Shown here: in pieces, positions 11,619 through 20,851 of the stretch
How positions within the stretch are numbered: position 1 is the first letter of the stretch
Layout of the letters: the number at the start of each line of letters is the position of its first letter
From: an uncultured delta proteobacterium
GTDB taxonomy: Bacteria > Desulfobacterota > RBG-13-43-22
Direction: 5' to 3'
Length of the DNA stretch: 64,000 nt
Assembly (NCBI GenBank): GCA_963711835.1
Contig: CAVQFQ010000011.1
Coordinates: forward strand, 1-64,000
The notes under the pieces: model-generated
Database searches by the model: none
What the model was told of the DNA's origin: nothing
The model's input: only the letters and a program-made list of their open reading frames with translations
Program-made: the position numbers and the translations under genes

Positions 11619-11670
11619 CCGTGCCTCGACCCTTTTATCCGGTTTCAGGGATAAAGGGTCGAGGTAACGG
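11619..11670 (+). promoter_or_regulatory. Long intergenic hairpin without U-tail between the RRM gene and infA
   Basis: CCGTGCCTCGACCCTTTTATCC pairs with GGATAAAGGGTCGAGGTAACGG. Confidence 0.55.
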
Positions 11671-11705
11671 CACTTTAATGCTGGGAAGATAAAGGAGTCT
11701 AACTA

Positions 11706-11927
11706 TTGTCTAAAGATGATTTGGCCAAAGTCGAAGGGAAAATTGCCAAGGCCACCGGCGGCGGAAACTATGTTATCACCTTGGAGAACGGCAATACCAT
11801 CACCGCTAAATTATGCGGGGCCATGAAACGGTTCAAAATCCGGGTGATAGAAGGGGATAAAGTTACGGTCGGTGTGTCTCTCTATGATCCTTCTCACGGC
11901 CTTATCATTTACCGCCATAAAGCCTGA
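11706..11927 (+). CDS. infA: Translation initiation factor IF-1 (divergent copy)
   Basis: MSKDD..VEG..LENG..I.A.L.G.MKRFKIRVI.GDKVTV.VS.YD..G.I.YR; TTG start with AAGGAG RBS. Confidence 0.88.
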   Translation: MSKDDLAKVEGKIAKATGGGNYVITLENGNTITAKLCGAMKRFKIRVIEGDKVTVGVSLYDPSHGLIIYRHKA

Positions 11928-12010
11928 AAAGGCCCGGCCAGGGCCATCCTCCGCCCAGCGATTGATAAACCCCTCTCGCCAATCAAAAGATTCCATTTTC
12001 GGCACCGCCA

Positions 12011-12952
12011 TTAACAAAGAATCTTGATTTTTTGGGAGAGGATCTGAAAGGAAGCCGGCAGGCGACCGACCAGTTCGCCGTCGAGATCGATCAGGACCTC
12101 CTCCGTGGAGGTCAGCCCTAATTGGCGGGCCTGATAGGTACTCACCTTGGGGTGGGCGGCCAAGGTCCCCCGATAAAGCCGCGGGATATTGGTCAGCACT
12201 TCCCTTTTGGAGACATCGCCGACCACCACCACCTCGAGAATTCCATCGTCCAACCGGGCTGGGGGGGCCACCCACATGCCTCCTCCGAAATATTGCCCAT
12301 TGGCCACGACGATCGAACTGGCCCGAACCTGAAAGGGCGCCTTATTATCCAGGCTGATCCGAATGGGTCGATTTTTGTATCGGAAAAGCGTTACTAAAAG
12401 TCCCTTAAAGAAACTCAGCTTCCCGCCCCATTTCTTGGAATGACTGTTCACGAAGCGAACCAGGTCTCCCCCGAAACCGACATCGGTCACATTGATAAAA
12501 TAGCGTTGATGAGGCTGGCCTTGCAAGTCTTCGAATTGTACCAGGCCGACATCAATCCTTTGGCTTGAACCTTTGAGGGCCGTTCCGGCCGCTTTCTTCA
12601 ACGGATGGGGAATACCCAGGGTCCGGACCAGATCGGCCCCGGTCCCACTGGGAAACAGGGCCAGGGTTGGGTCGCCCTGAGAAGAACAAAGCAGGCCGTT
12701 GACTACCTCGTTAATGGTCCCGTCCCCGCCATGAACCCCGATAGTGCTGAAACCCAAATCCCTTGCCTTTTGGGCCAATAGCCGGGCATGGCCGGGATAT
12801 TCCGTCAGCCAGGCCTCAAATTTCGGCAGCAGGCCTTCCAACAACGACTGATTACGAAGCCAGTCTCGTCCGGTGCGGCCGTTGGCGCTGGCCGGATTAA
12901 CAATGATGACCCAGGAAGGACGGCTTTTTATGGCAGGGCTGGCAGCGGGCAT
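12011..12952 (-). CDS. Diacylglycerol/lipid kinase (YegS/BmrU family)
   Basis: IVNPASANG, GGDGTINEVVNGL, PSGTGADL, ANGQYFGGGM, DLDGEL. Confidence 0.92.
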   Translation of the reverse strand: MPAASPAIKSRPSWVIIVNPASANGRTGRDWLRNQSLLEGLLPKFEAWLTEYPGHARLLAQKARDLGFSTIGVHGGDGTINEVVNGLLCSSQGDPTLALFPSGTGADLVRTLGIPHPLKKAAGTALKGSSQRIDVGLVQFEDLQGQPHQRYFINVTDVGFGGDLVRFVNSHSKKWGGKLSFFKGLLVTLFRYKNRPIRISLDNKAPFQVRASSIVVANGQYFGGGMWVAPPARLDDGILEVVVVGDVSKREVLTNIPRLYRGTLAAHPKVSTYQARQLGLTSTEEVLIDLDGELVGRLPASFQILSQKIKILC

Positions 12953-13086
12953 GAGAGTATTCCTAACAGAAATGCCCAACGGGTGCAAGCCCCCTAATAT
13001 CTTATTGATCTTCAACCCGATTTCTTTTATGATTCGGACTATTGACCGTAATAAAAAATGCTAAACTTTTCTCAGGAGGCTTTCCC

Positions 13087-14835
13087 ATGGAAAGACAAAT
13101 ATGGCATCAACACAAGTGGCCGCCGGAAGCCCCGATTTCTTTGGATTATACCCCCCAGCCGCTTTTTCAATTCCTCGACGATCGTGCCAAACAGTCTCCT
13201 AACCAACCCTACACCATCTTTGCCGGCCTTCATCAGACCTACCGGCAAACCCAGGATATGGCCAATCGGGTGGCCACCTTCCTGGTCCAAAAGGGTATCA
13301 AGCCGGGTGAGCGGGTGGCTTTATTCCTGCCCAACCTGCCCCACTTCCCGGTCTCATTTTTTGGTATCTTGAAGTCCGGTGCCGTCTGTGTCACCTGCAA
13401 CCCTTTGTACAAGGCCAATGAACTCAACTTTCAATTGAAGGATTCGGGGGCCACGGCCCTCTTTGTCCTGGACCACCCCATTTTTTACCCCACCGCCCTG
13501 GAAGCCATTAAAGGGAGCGATGTTAAAACGGTGGTCATTTGCAGTGTGAAAGATTTCCTGCCCGGATTTAAGGCCTTTCTGGGCGGGCTGTTGGGAAAGA
13601 TCCCCAAGGCCCCCGCCTTGGATCCCAGCCATAGCTTGTTCCGGGATGTTTTAAAAACACCGGCTTCCCCGCCGACCTTGACCATAAACCCCTTGCATGA
13701 CTTGGCCTTGATTTTATACACCGGCGGTACCACCGGTGTTCCCAAGGGCGCCTCCTTGACCCATAATAATATCGGATCCAATTTGAAAATGCTGGATGAG
13801 TGGGCCCTCCTGGAACAGGAAGACGGGAAGCCGGCCGTCAAGTTCTCAACTGCAGGCCAACAAACCTTCATGGGGGTTCTGCCCTGGTATCATTCATACG
13901 GCCTGACCCTGACCCTGCTTAACGCCTGTGCCGGCGGTTTTGAAGTGGTCTGTGTGCCGGATCCCCGGGCCGGAAAGCCACCTTTCACTGAAGTATTAAA
14001 ATTGATCCAAAAACACAAAGTAACCATACTCCATGGGGTGCCTACCCTCTACAGTGCCATTATCAATCATCCGCTGGTCAATAAATTCAATCTCCGGTCC
14101 ATTAGGTATTGCGCCTCCGGTGCCGCGCCTCTTCCATTGGAGGTGGCCCGAAAATTCGAGGAATTGACCGGGGCCATCTTGGTGGAGGGCTACGGCCTCA
14201 GCGAGACCTCGCCGGTTACCCATAGCAACCCGAGCAACAAGAAAAATCGAAAGTTCGGCAGCGTCGGGCTTCCCATGCCGGACACCTATGTCAAGATCCT
14301 GGATATTGAAACCGGCACCCAGGAGCTCCCCTTGGGTGGGGACGGCGAAATTGCCGTCAGCGGCCCGCAGGTCATGCAAGGTTATTGGAATAAGCCGGAG
14401 GAAAATGAACAGGTCTTCCGCATGATTGACGGAAGACGCTACTTCCTGACCGGAGACATCGGCCACCTGGACGAAGAAGGCTTTACCATCATCACTGACC
14501 GAAAAAAGGATATGATCATCGTCGGCGGCCTCAAGGCCTTCCCCAAGGAAGTGGAAGAGGTCCTTTACACCCACCCCAAAGTGGCCAATGCAGCCGTCAT
14601 CGGGGTGCCCGATCCTAAAAGCGGGGAAAAGGTCAAGGCCTTCATTCAGCTCAAACCGGGTGAAACCGCCACCGAGGAGGAAATCATCGCCTTTTGCCAG
14701 GACCGCATGGCCCCTTACAAAAGACCGCACCTGGTGGAATTCAGAGAGGCCCTGCCCATGACGCCGGTAGGCAAGATCCTCCGCCGCGTCCTAAAGGACG
14801 AAGAGAAGGAAAAGGCCAAACTGGCCGGGAAATAG
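13087..14835 (+). CDS. Long-chain fatty acid-CoA ligase
   Basis: YTGGTTGVPKG, EGYGLSE, GPQVMQGYW, TGDIG, DRKKDMI, VGKILRR. Confidence 0.93.
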   Translation: MERQIWHQHKWPPEAPISLDYTPQPLFQFLDDRAKQSPNQPYTIFAGLHQTYRQTQDMANRVATFLVQKGIKPGERVALFLPNLPHFPVSFFGILKSGAVCVTCNPLYKANELNFQLKDSGATALFVLDHPIFYPTALEAIKGSDVKTVVICSVKDFLPGFKAFLGGLLGKIPKAPALDPSHSLFRDVLKTPASPPTLTINPLHDLALILYTGGTTGVPKGASLTHNNIGSNLKMLDEWALLEQEDGKPAVKFSTAGQQTFMGVLPWYHSYGLTLTLLNACAGGFEVVCVPDPRAGKPPFTEVLKLIQKHKVTILHGVPTLYSAIINHPLVNKFNLRSIRYCASGAAPLPLEVARKFEELTGAILVEGYGLSETSPVTHSNPSNKKNRKFGSVGLPMPDTYVKILDIETGTQELPLGGDGEIAVSGPQVMQGYWNKPEENEQVFRMIDGRRYFLTGDIGHLDEEGFTIITDRKKDMIIVGGLKAFPKEVEEVLYTHPKVANAAVIGVPDPKSGEKVKAFIQLKPGETATEEEIIAFCQDRMAPYKRPHLVEFREALPMTPVGKILRRVLKDEEKEKAKLAGK

Positions 14836-14883
14836 GTTCTTATAGTCTTATTTCGAATTTGAAACCAAAACTTCAATTACTTT

Positions 14884-15053
14884 GAGGTTCTTGCAAATCT
14901 CTCAAATTTCGTCACACCGGCGAACCCCGGATCAGATCCGGGGCAGGCGCCGGTAATCCAGACGTCGTCCCGGTGGAAGCCGGGAACCATGACAGAGAAC
15001 CTGGATTCCGGCTTTCGCCGGAATGACATCACTGGACTTTTGCAAAAGGCTCC
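14884..15053. repeat. REP/MITE-like composite palindromic element
   Basis: GTCACACCGGCGAA..GCCGGTAATCCAG and inverted CTGGATTCCGGCTTTCGCCGGAATGAC, inner hairpins, outer imperfect TTGCAAA repeats. Confidence 0.75.
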
Positions 15054-15114
15054 TTTGGGTTCGTATTTTGTCATAATCTTTTCACCCGTCACTTGAATTC
15101 GTAGGAGGTTTTCA

Positions 15115-15756
15115 TTGATTGTTGAACAGATGCTCGTCGGCCCCATGGCCGTTTTCTGTTATATAGTGGGCTGTGAAGAAACGCGGGAAGGGGTCCTGAT
15201 CGATCCGGCCGGCAATGAAGACAGTATCCTCCGCAAATTGGCCCGATTGAATTTGCGGCCCCTGTATATCATCAATACCCACGGCCATGCCGACCACACC
15301 TGCGGCAATCAACTACTAACTGATCGCACCGGGGCCCGGATTGTCATGCATGAGGCCGATGCCAAACTCTTTGACCTGCCCAGCGCCAAGATCATGGCCG
15401 GCCAGATGGGTTTCCGGCCCTCCCCGCCTACCGATATGAAGGTCCGGGATGGAGACCGGATTCAATTTGGAAACGAGTTTCTGGAGGTGATTCACACCCC
15501 TGGCCATACCCCCGGCAGCATGTGTCTCTTCGGGAAGAAAAACCTCTTTACCGGCGACACCCTCTTCGTCGGGGCCGTGGGCCGGACCGACCTTCCGGGC
15601 GGCTCTTTCGATGTACTTCTCAATTCCCTGCGGCACAAGATCCTGCCCTTACCGGATGAGACCATCGTCTGGCCGGGACATGATTACGGGGAAACGCCGA
15701 CCTCGACGATCGGCCGGGAGAAGAAAACCAACCCCTATCTGACCGATTTTTTTTAG
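15115..15756 (+). CDS. MBL-fold metallo-hydrolase (glyoxalase II-like)
   Basis: THGHADH, HTPGHTPG, FTGDTLF..VGRTDLPGG, PGHDYG. Confidence 0.93.
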   Translation: MIVEQMLVGPMAVFCYIVGCEETREGVLIDPAGNEDSILRKLARLNLRPLYIINTHGHADHTCGNQLLTDRTGARIVMHEADAKLFDLPSAKIMAGQMGFRPSPPTDMKVRDGDRIQFGNEFLEVIHTPGHTPGSMCLFGKKNLFTGDTLFVGAVGRTDLPGGSFDVLLNSLRHKILPLPDETIVWPGHDYGETPTSTIGREKKTNPYLTDFF

Positions 15757-16620
15757 GTGCGAACGATGCCGTCAAAACCTAAACGACCCTTTCGTTCCTT
15801 CCTTTTCTTCCTGGCCCTGGTGGTCTTTATCCCGGGACCGGCTTTTGGAAAAATGTTTCCCCTCTGGGAGATCGGTGTCGGCGCCGGTGGTCTCTATATG
15901 CCGGACTATCGCGGCTCCGATGAATCCCGGGGTTATGCCCTGGCTTATCCTTATCTGGTCTACCGTGGAGAAACCATTAAGATCGATCGAGAAAGTATCA
16001 GTGGTCTCCTGTTCAAGACCGACCGCCTGAAATTGGAATTCAGCGCCAATGCCTCCGTACCTGTTAAAAGCTCTGAGAATAGAGCCCGCCGGGGTATGCC
16101 GGACCTGGACCCCACCTTTGAGTTTGGTCCTTCTCTGGAATGGCTTTTATCCGAGAATAAAAATAAGGGCTACAAGTTAACCTTTAATTTTCCGGTGCGG
16201 GCCGTCTTTTCAACCGATTTACGCCAAATCATCCCCCAGGGTTGGACCTTCAGCCCGCGCCTGAATCTGGATCTCTTTGACACGGGACCCACCAAAGGCT
16301 GGTATCTGGGGATGGGCCTCGGGCCGGTCTTTGGGGATCAAACCTTTCATGATTATTATTACCGGGTGGACCAGGCCTATGCCGCTTCAGATCGGCCGGC
16401 TTACTCGGCCTCAGGAGGATACAGCGGGATGCAGTTTGGCGCCTCTTTTGGCAAATATTTCGGCAAACTCTGGGTCGGCCTATTCGGCCGGGCCGATTTT
16501 TTGAACGGGGCAGCCTTTGCCGACAGCCCCCTGGTCAAAACCAACACTAACTTCCTGGTCGGCCTGGCCGTTTCCTATATCTTCTGGGAATCCAAAACCC
16601 TGGTTGAAGCGGACAAGTAG
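15757..16620 (+). CDS. MipA/OmpV family outer membrane protein
   Basis: Signal peptide, PLWEIGVG, PDYRGSDE, ARRGMPDLD, DYYY.V, SPLV. Confidence 0.85.
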   Translation: MRTMPSKPKRPFRSFLFFLALVVFIPGPAFGKMFPLWEIGVGAGGLYMPDYRGSDESRGYALAYPYLVYRGETIKIDRESISGLLFKTDRLKLEFSANASVPVKSSENRARRGMPDLDPTFEFGPSLEWLLSENKNKGYKLTFNFPVRAVFSTDLRQIIPQGWTFSPRLNLDLFDTGPTKGWYLGMGLGPVFGDQTFHDYYYRVDQAYAASDRPAYSASGGYSGMQFGASFGKYFGKLWVGLFGRADFLNGAAFADSPLVKTNTNFLVGLAVSYIFWESKTLVEADK

Positions 16621-16634
16621 CCGGAAGAAGTCCC

Positions 16635-17225
16635 CTAGGGCGGGCATCTCCCCTGAACCTCATCAGGCGAATAAGCCTTGGCCTTGAACACCACCGCCGG
16701 CCGGGTGCGGCTGGAATACCTGAATCCCTCGGCCTCCCTGACCGTCCCGTACCTTTCCTCCAGCTCTTGGAGAGGGCCCGCATCCAGGGCCCGCACCGGA
16801 CAGGCCTCGATACAATTCGGCAGCTTCCCCTGGACGACGCGGTCCAGACAATAGTTGCACTTGCGCATCCTGGCCCCCTTCTCCGGGCCGAATTGCGGTG
16901 CATCATAAGGGCAGGCCTTGCGGCACTTTTCATCGCAGGCTTCATTTCCAAGACAGACCTGGCTGTCGACCAGGACGATACCGTCCTGTTCCCGTTTGGT
17001 AATAGCGCCGACCGGACAGGCCAAAACGCAGACCGGCTCAAGGCAATGCCAGCAGGGGGCGATCATATAACTGACAAATACCTTCGGGAACGTCCCTTTC
17101 TCGTTGTAAAGGACCCGCATCCAGTTTTCGGGTCCGGCCGGAATGTCATGCCAGTCCTTGCAAGCCACGCGACAGGCGCTGCACCCGGTGCAGCGGGTCT
17201 GGTCGAAGTAAAAACCGATCTGCAT
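16635..17225 (-). CDS. dmsB: DMSO reductase-type 4Fe-4S subunit
   Basis: QIGFYFDQTRCTGCSACRVACKDW, CWHC.EP.C...CP, KCNYC.DR..G.LP.CIEACP.RAL. Confidence 0.88.
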   Translation of the reverse strand: MQIGFYFDQTRCTGCSACRVACKDWHDIPAGPENWMRVLYNEKGTFPKVFVSYMIAPCWHCLEPVCVLACPVGAITKREQDGIVLVDSQVCLGNEACDEKCRKACPYDAPQFGPEKGARMRKCNYCLDRVVQGKLPNCIEACPVRALDAGPLQELEERYGTVREAEGFRYSSRTRPAVVFKAKAYSPDEVQGRCPP

Positions 17226-17287
17226 ACCCTTACCCTCTTAGATTCCTTTTTTATCCAGTTTTACAATTTGTTTCTTGACAGGTTTTT

Positions 17288-17403
17288 AAATCCGAAATTC
17301 GAAGCACGAAATCCGAAACAAGCACGAAGGTCCAAAACTTTATTGACCAAAACAAAAACTTTTAGATTTTGGAATTTGATCATTTGAAGTTTCGTTTCGA
17401 ATT
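17288..17403. repeat. Heptamer-periodic, imperfectly self-complementary intergenic repeat
   Basis: AAATCCG-AAATTCG-AAGCACG-AAATCCG-AAAC-AAGCACG followed by a T-rich mirror tract (TTTCGTTTCGAATTT). Confidence 0.55.
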
Positions 17404-17430
17404 TTTAGCCAAAAATTTAAAAATTTTTGG

Positions 17431-19650
17431 CTATGTTTTCTCCACCTGCACCAGGGAGGTGTTCATGACACAGGCGCCGCCCGGCGAATACGCATCATTG
17501 GTCAAGGTGTTGGCGCAGGCCCCTTGATCGATGCCCTTTTCGTCCGGGGCATACCAGGCCCCTTCGAAGATACAGACAACCCCGGGAATAATCCTTTCGG
17601 TCAGCCAGGCGGTGATGGCCACCCGGCCGCGGTCGTTGAAGACCTGGACCTCGTCCCCGTCCCGGATCCCCCGGGAAAGGGCGTCATCGGGGTTGATCCA
17701 GACCCGGTGAGGCTCCACTTCCCTGAGCCAGTCCACCTTGTACAGCTCCGAGTGCACCCGGTTTTTGGGGTGAGGAGTGAGGAGCTGCAAGGGGTATTTC
17801 TGTCGCAGGGGATCGTATTGATCCTCCGGGGTGCCCAGGTATTTTGGGATAGGCGGGCAGAGCGGATTGTTCAGGTCCGCAGCGCGCTGGGAAAAGATCT
17901 CGATCTTACCGGACGGGGTGGGAAAAGGATTTTTATCCGGGTCCTCAATCTGCTCCCTGAAGGCCACAATGGGCTCGGCCAACCGTATCCGATGAATCCC
18001 TTCCTGCCGGAACTTTTCATAATCCTTGATATGGGACGACAGGTCCGGGGTCTTTTCCCAAAACATCCTGAGCCATTGGTCCTCTGAATAGGGATTGAAA
18101 TCCTTGAATCCCAGGCGGCCGGCCAGTTCGCTGACGATATCCAGGTCGGATTTGCATTCGCCCAGGGGCTCAATGGCCCGGTTGACAAAGGTGAAATAGG
18201 GACCGGAAGGCCAGGGACGGGTCAGATCGTTTCTTTCGGCGGCGCTGGTCACCGGCAAAAGCAAGTCGGCGTAGCGGGCCTGGGGGGTCATGAAAAGCTC
18301 ATTGACGGCCAGGAACTCCAGCCTTTTCAAGGCCTGGGCCGCCTTATTGCTGTTTCCGGTCTGGTTCAGATAGTTGTTGCACATGGACCACATCAGCTTG
18401 ATGTCGGAAGGATAGCCGCCGGCCTGGCCCCGAAGGATGGCGTCGAAGATCTTGTTGATATGGACCCGTTTGACGACCCGGAGCTTGATATCCAGGGTCC
18501 CCTTGACGTTGGGACCATCCTGCTCGAAAGGGTTCTTGCCGGGCGGGATGGCGGGCATGCGGAACATGTGGCCCACGGGAAGGCCCATCAGGCCGCCGCC
18601 GGCGCTGCCGCCCGGGCGGCCCACGTTGCCGGTCATGGCGCACAAGGTGGCGGCGCAGCGGTTGTACTGTTCTCCCATGGCGCTCCGGGCCGGGCCCTGG
18701 CAGTCCATCAGGGCGGCCGGCCTGGTTTGGGCATATTCGCGGGCCAGGCGTTCGATGGTGGATGCGCTGACGCCCGAGATCTCCGCCGCCCAGGACGGGG
18801 TTTTGTCCTGGCCGTCCTCCTGCCCTAGGACATAGGCCTTGAATGGTTCAAAACCGACCGCGTACTTGTCCAGAAAGGCCTGGTCCTGGAGGCCCTCCTT
18901 GATCATGACGTTGGCCATGGCGATCATGACGGCGGTGTCGGTCCCGGGACGGATGGGGATCCATTCCTGGGCTACGGTGGCCGCCGTATCATGGTAACGG
19001 GGATCGACGGCAATGATCCTGGCCCCGTTTTCCCTGGCCTTGATCAGGTGATACATGGTGTTGGTGCCGGAGATCATCCGGGCCGGATCCCAGCCCCAGA
19101 GGATGATCAACCGGGAGTTGAGCATGTCCTCCCGGCTGTGGCCCACCATCACCGACCCGTATTGGGTCAGCGAGGCCCAGACCGCTCCTTCCGAGGAGAT
19201 GTTGCCGTAATGGGTCACATACCCCCCGAACTGCCCCAGGAGCCTGGAGGCCGCCAAACCGCCGTTGTGCAGGCTGGCCAGATAGCCGCCTCCGGTGGCC
19301 AGGAATATCCCCTGGTTTCCGCAGGTCTCTTTTACCCGGATAAGCTCCCTGGCCAGCAGATCCAGAGCTTCATCCCAAGAGATGCGTTTGAACCGGCCTT
19401 CACCCTTTTCGCCCGTCCTTTTTTGGGGAAACATAAGGCGTTCCGGGTGGTGGACCATCTGGCGGTAGGCCCGGCAGCGGAGACAGGTTCGGAGCTGTTC
19501 CGGCTCCGGACCCTCGTCGCCTTCGACGCGGATGATCCGATTATCCCTGACGTGCAGTCTCAGCGGGCATCTGCCCCCGCAATCGAAGGTGGAAGTGGCC
19601 CGGACAATCCTGACCTGGCTGCTATCCTGGTTTAATTCGGCGCTATCCAT
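17431..19650 (-). CDS. Molybdopterin oxidoreductase, DmsA-like catalytic subunit without Tat signal
   Basis: DCGGRC, ERLMFP.KR.G.KGEGRF.RISWDEALD, IRPGTDTA, PTPSGKIEI, LLTPH.K.RVHS, V.VFNDRG. Confidence 0.9.
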   Translation of the reverse strand: MDSAELNQDSSQVRIVRATSTFDCGGRCPLRLHVRDNRIIRVEGDEGPEPEQLRTCLRCRAYRQMVHHPERLMFPQKRTGEKGEGRFKRISWDEALDLLARELIRVKETCGNQGIFLATGGGYLASLHNGGLAASRLLGQFGGYVTHYGNISSEGAVWASLTQYGSVMVGHSREDMLNSRLIILWGWDPARMISGTNTMYHLIKARENGARIIAVDPRYHDTAATVAQEWIPIRPGTDTAVMIAMANVMIKEGLQDQAFLDKYAVGFEPFKAYVLGQEDGQDKTPSWAAEISGVSASTIERLAREYAQTRPAALMDCQGPARSAMGEQYNRCAATLCAMTGNVGRPGGSAGGGLMGLPVGHMFRMPAIPPGKNPFEQDGPNVKGTLDIKLRVVKRVHINKIFDAILRGQAGGYPSDIKLMWSMCNNYLNQTGNSNKAAQALKRLEFLAVNELFMTPQARYADLLLPVTSAAERNDLTRPWPSGPYFTFVNRAIEPLGECKSDLDIVSELAGRLGFKDFNPYSEDQWLRMFWEKTPDLSSHIKDYEKFRQEGIHRIRLAEPIVAFREQIEDPDKNPFPTPSGKIEIFSQRAADLNNPLCPPIPKYLGTPEDQYDPLRQKYPLQLLTPHPKNRVHSELYKVDWLREVEPHRVWINPDDALSRGIRDGDEVQVFNDRGRVAITAWLTERIIPGVVCIFEGAWYAPDEKGIDQGACANTLTNDAYSPGGACVMNTSLVQVEKT

Positions 19651-19777
19651 AAAAATCTCCCCAAGGGACCTGGTTAAATAATTGAGGTTGCCCCAAAGCC
19701 CAATGGCTCGTTTTTTTTAATAGACCAGCTCCATGAGCTCTAAATCACGTTACGTTGGGACTACCTCGAATAATTTT

Positions 19778-20653
19778 TTATTTTTTCTTGGTATAATCGT
19801 ACCAGCCTTTTCCGGTTTTCTCCCCGTAGCTGCCCTGGGTATATTTTTCCGCGAGGCTCGGAACCGGAAGGTCGGCTAAATCGCCGGTCTTCTTGAACCG
19901 TTCCTTGGCCATGATATAGGCCAGGTCGATTCCCGTCAGATCCATCAGCCGGAAGGGTCCCATGGGATGGCCTGCTCCATAGACGCAGGCCTTGTCTATG
20001 TCTTCGGCACTGGCAATGCCCATCTCCAGCATCCATAGGGCTTCCCGGCTTATTACCCGGAAAATTCGGTTCAACAGGAATCCATCCACTTCTTTTTTAA
20101 TCAGAACCGGCACCTTATCCAATTTTTCACTCAGGTCCATCGTTACCTTGGCGGTCTCTTCCGAAACATGGGGTCCCTGGACCACCTCGACGAGTTTCAT
20201 CACCAGCGCCGGGTTGAAGAAGTGCATGTTGACGACCTGGTCCGGTCTTTTGGTGGCGTCGGCAATGAGAGAGCTGACAATGGCCGAACTATTGGTCGCC
20301 AGGACGGCCTGAGAAGGGGTCAGCCGGTCGAGATCGGCAAAGACCTTTCTTTTGATATCGAGAACCTCTATGGCGGCTTCGATGACAAAGTCGGCGTCTT
20401 TGGCCGCCTCCTTCAAATCGAGGCTGAAGGAGAGTTTCCGGCGGGCCGCCTCGGCCTGCTCCTTGGTCAATTTCCCTTTCTCCACCCTTCCGGGCAAGTA
20501 GGTGTCCGCAAATTTTTCGGCCTTCTTTAAGGTTTCCGGGACTACATCCGTACAGGCGGTCTGGTACCCATGGATGGCGCAAAGAATGGAAATCTGATGG
20601 CCCATGTTGCCGGCCCCCACTACACAAACCTTTTTAATGTCATTGACGTTCAT
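19778..20653 (-). CDS. hbd: 3-hydroxybutyryl-CoA / 3-hydroxyacyl-CoA dehydrogenase
   Basis: VVGAGNMG, VIEA..E..K, ATNSS, MHFFNP, GF..NR, HPMGPF.LMD..G.D, G.KTGKGWY. Confidence 0.9.
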   Translation of the reverse strand: MNVNDIKKVCVVGAGNMGHQISILCAIHGYQTACTDVVPETLKKAEKFADTYLPGRVEKGKLTKEQAEAARRKLSFSLDLKEAAKDADFVIEAAIEVLDIKRKVFADLDRLTPSQAVLATNSSAIVSSLIADATKRPDQVVNMHFFNPALVMKLVEVVQGPHVSEETAKVTMDLSEKLDKVPVLIKKEVDGFLLNRIFRVISREALWMLEMGIASAEDIDKACVYGAGHPMGPFRLMDLTGIDLAYIMAKERFKKTGDLADLPVPSLAEKYTQGSYGEKTGKGWYDYTKKK

Positions 20654-20851
20654 TTCTTTTCTCCCTTCCTGAGGCTTAAAAAAAGAGGCTGCGTCTAAGA
20701 TAACTGATAACAGGACATCGCGGTCCTTCTGTTTTCAAGCTCGTTTGATAATCGAGCGCAGTATCCTTTCGGCATGGAAATAATATAAAATATGCCCGGA
20801 TAAGCGTCAACAGGAAAGAACCGTAACCCCCATTCTCGTATCTAATGGCTA

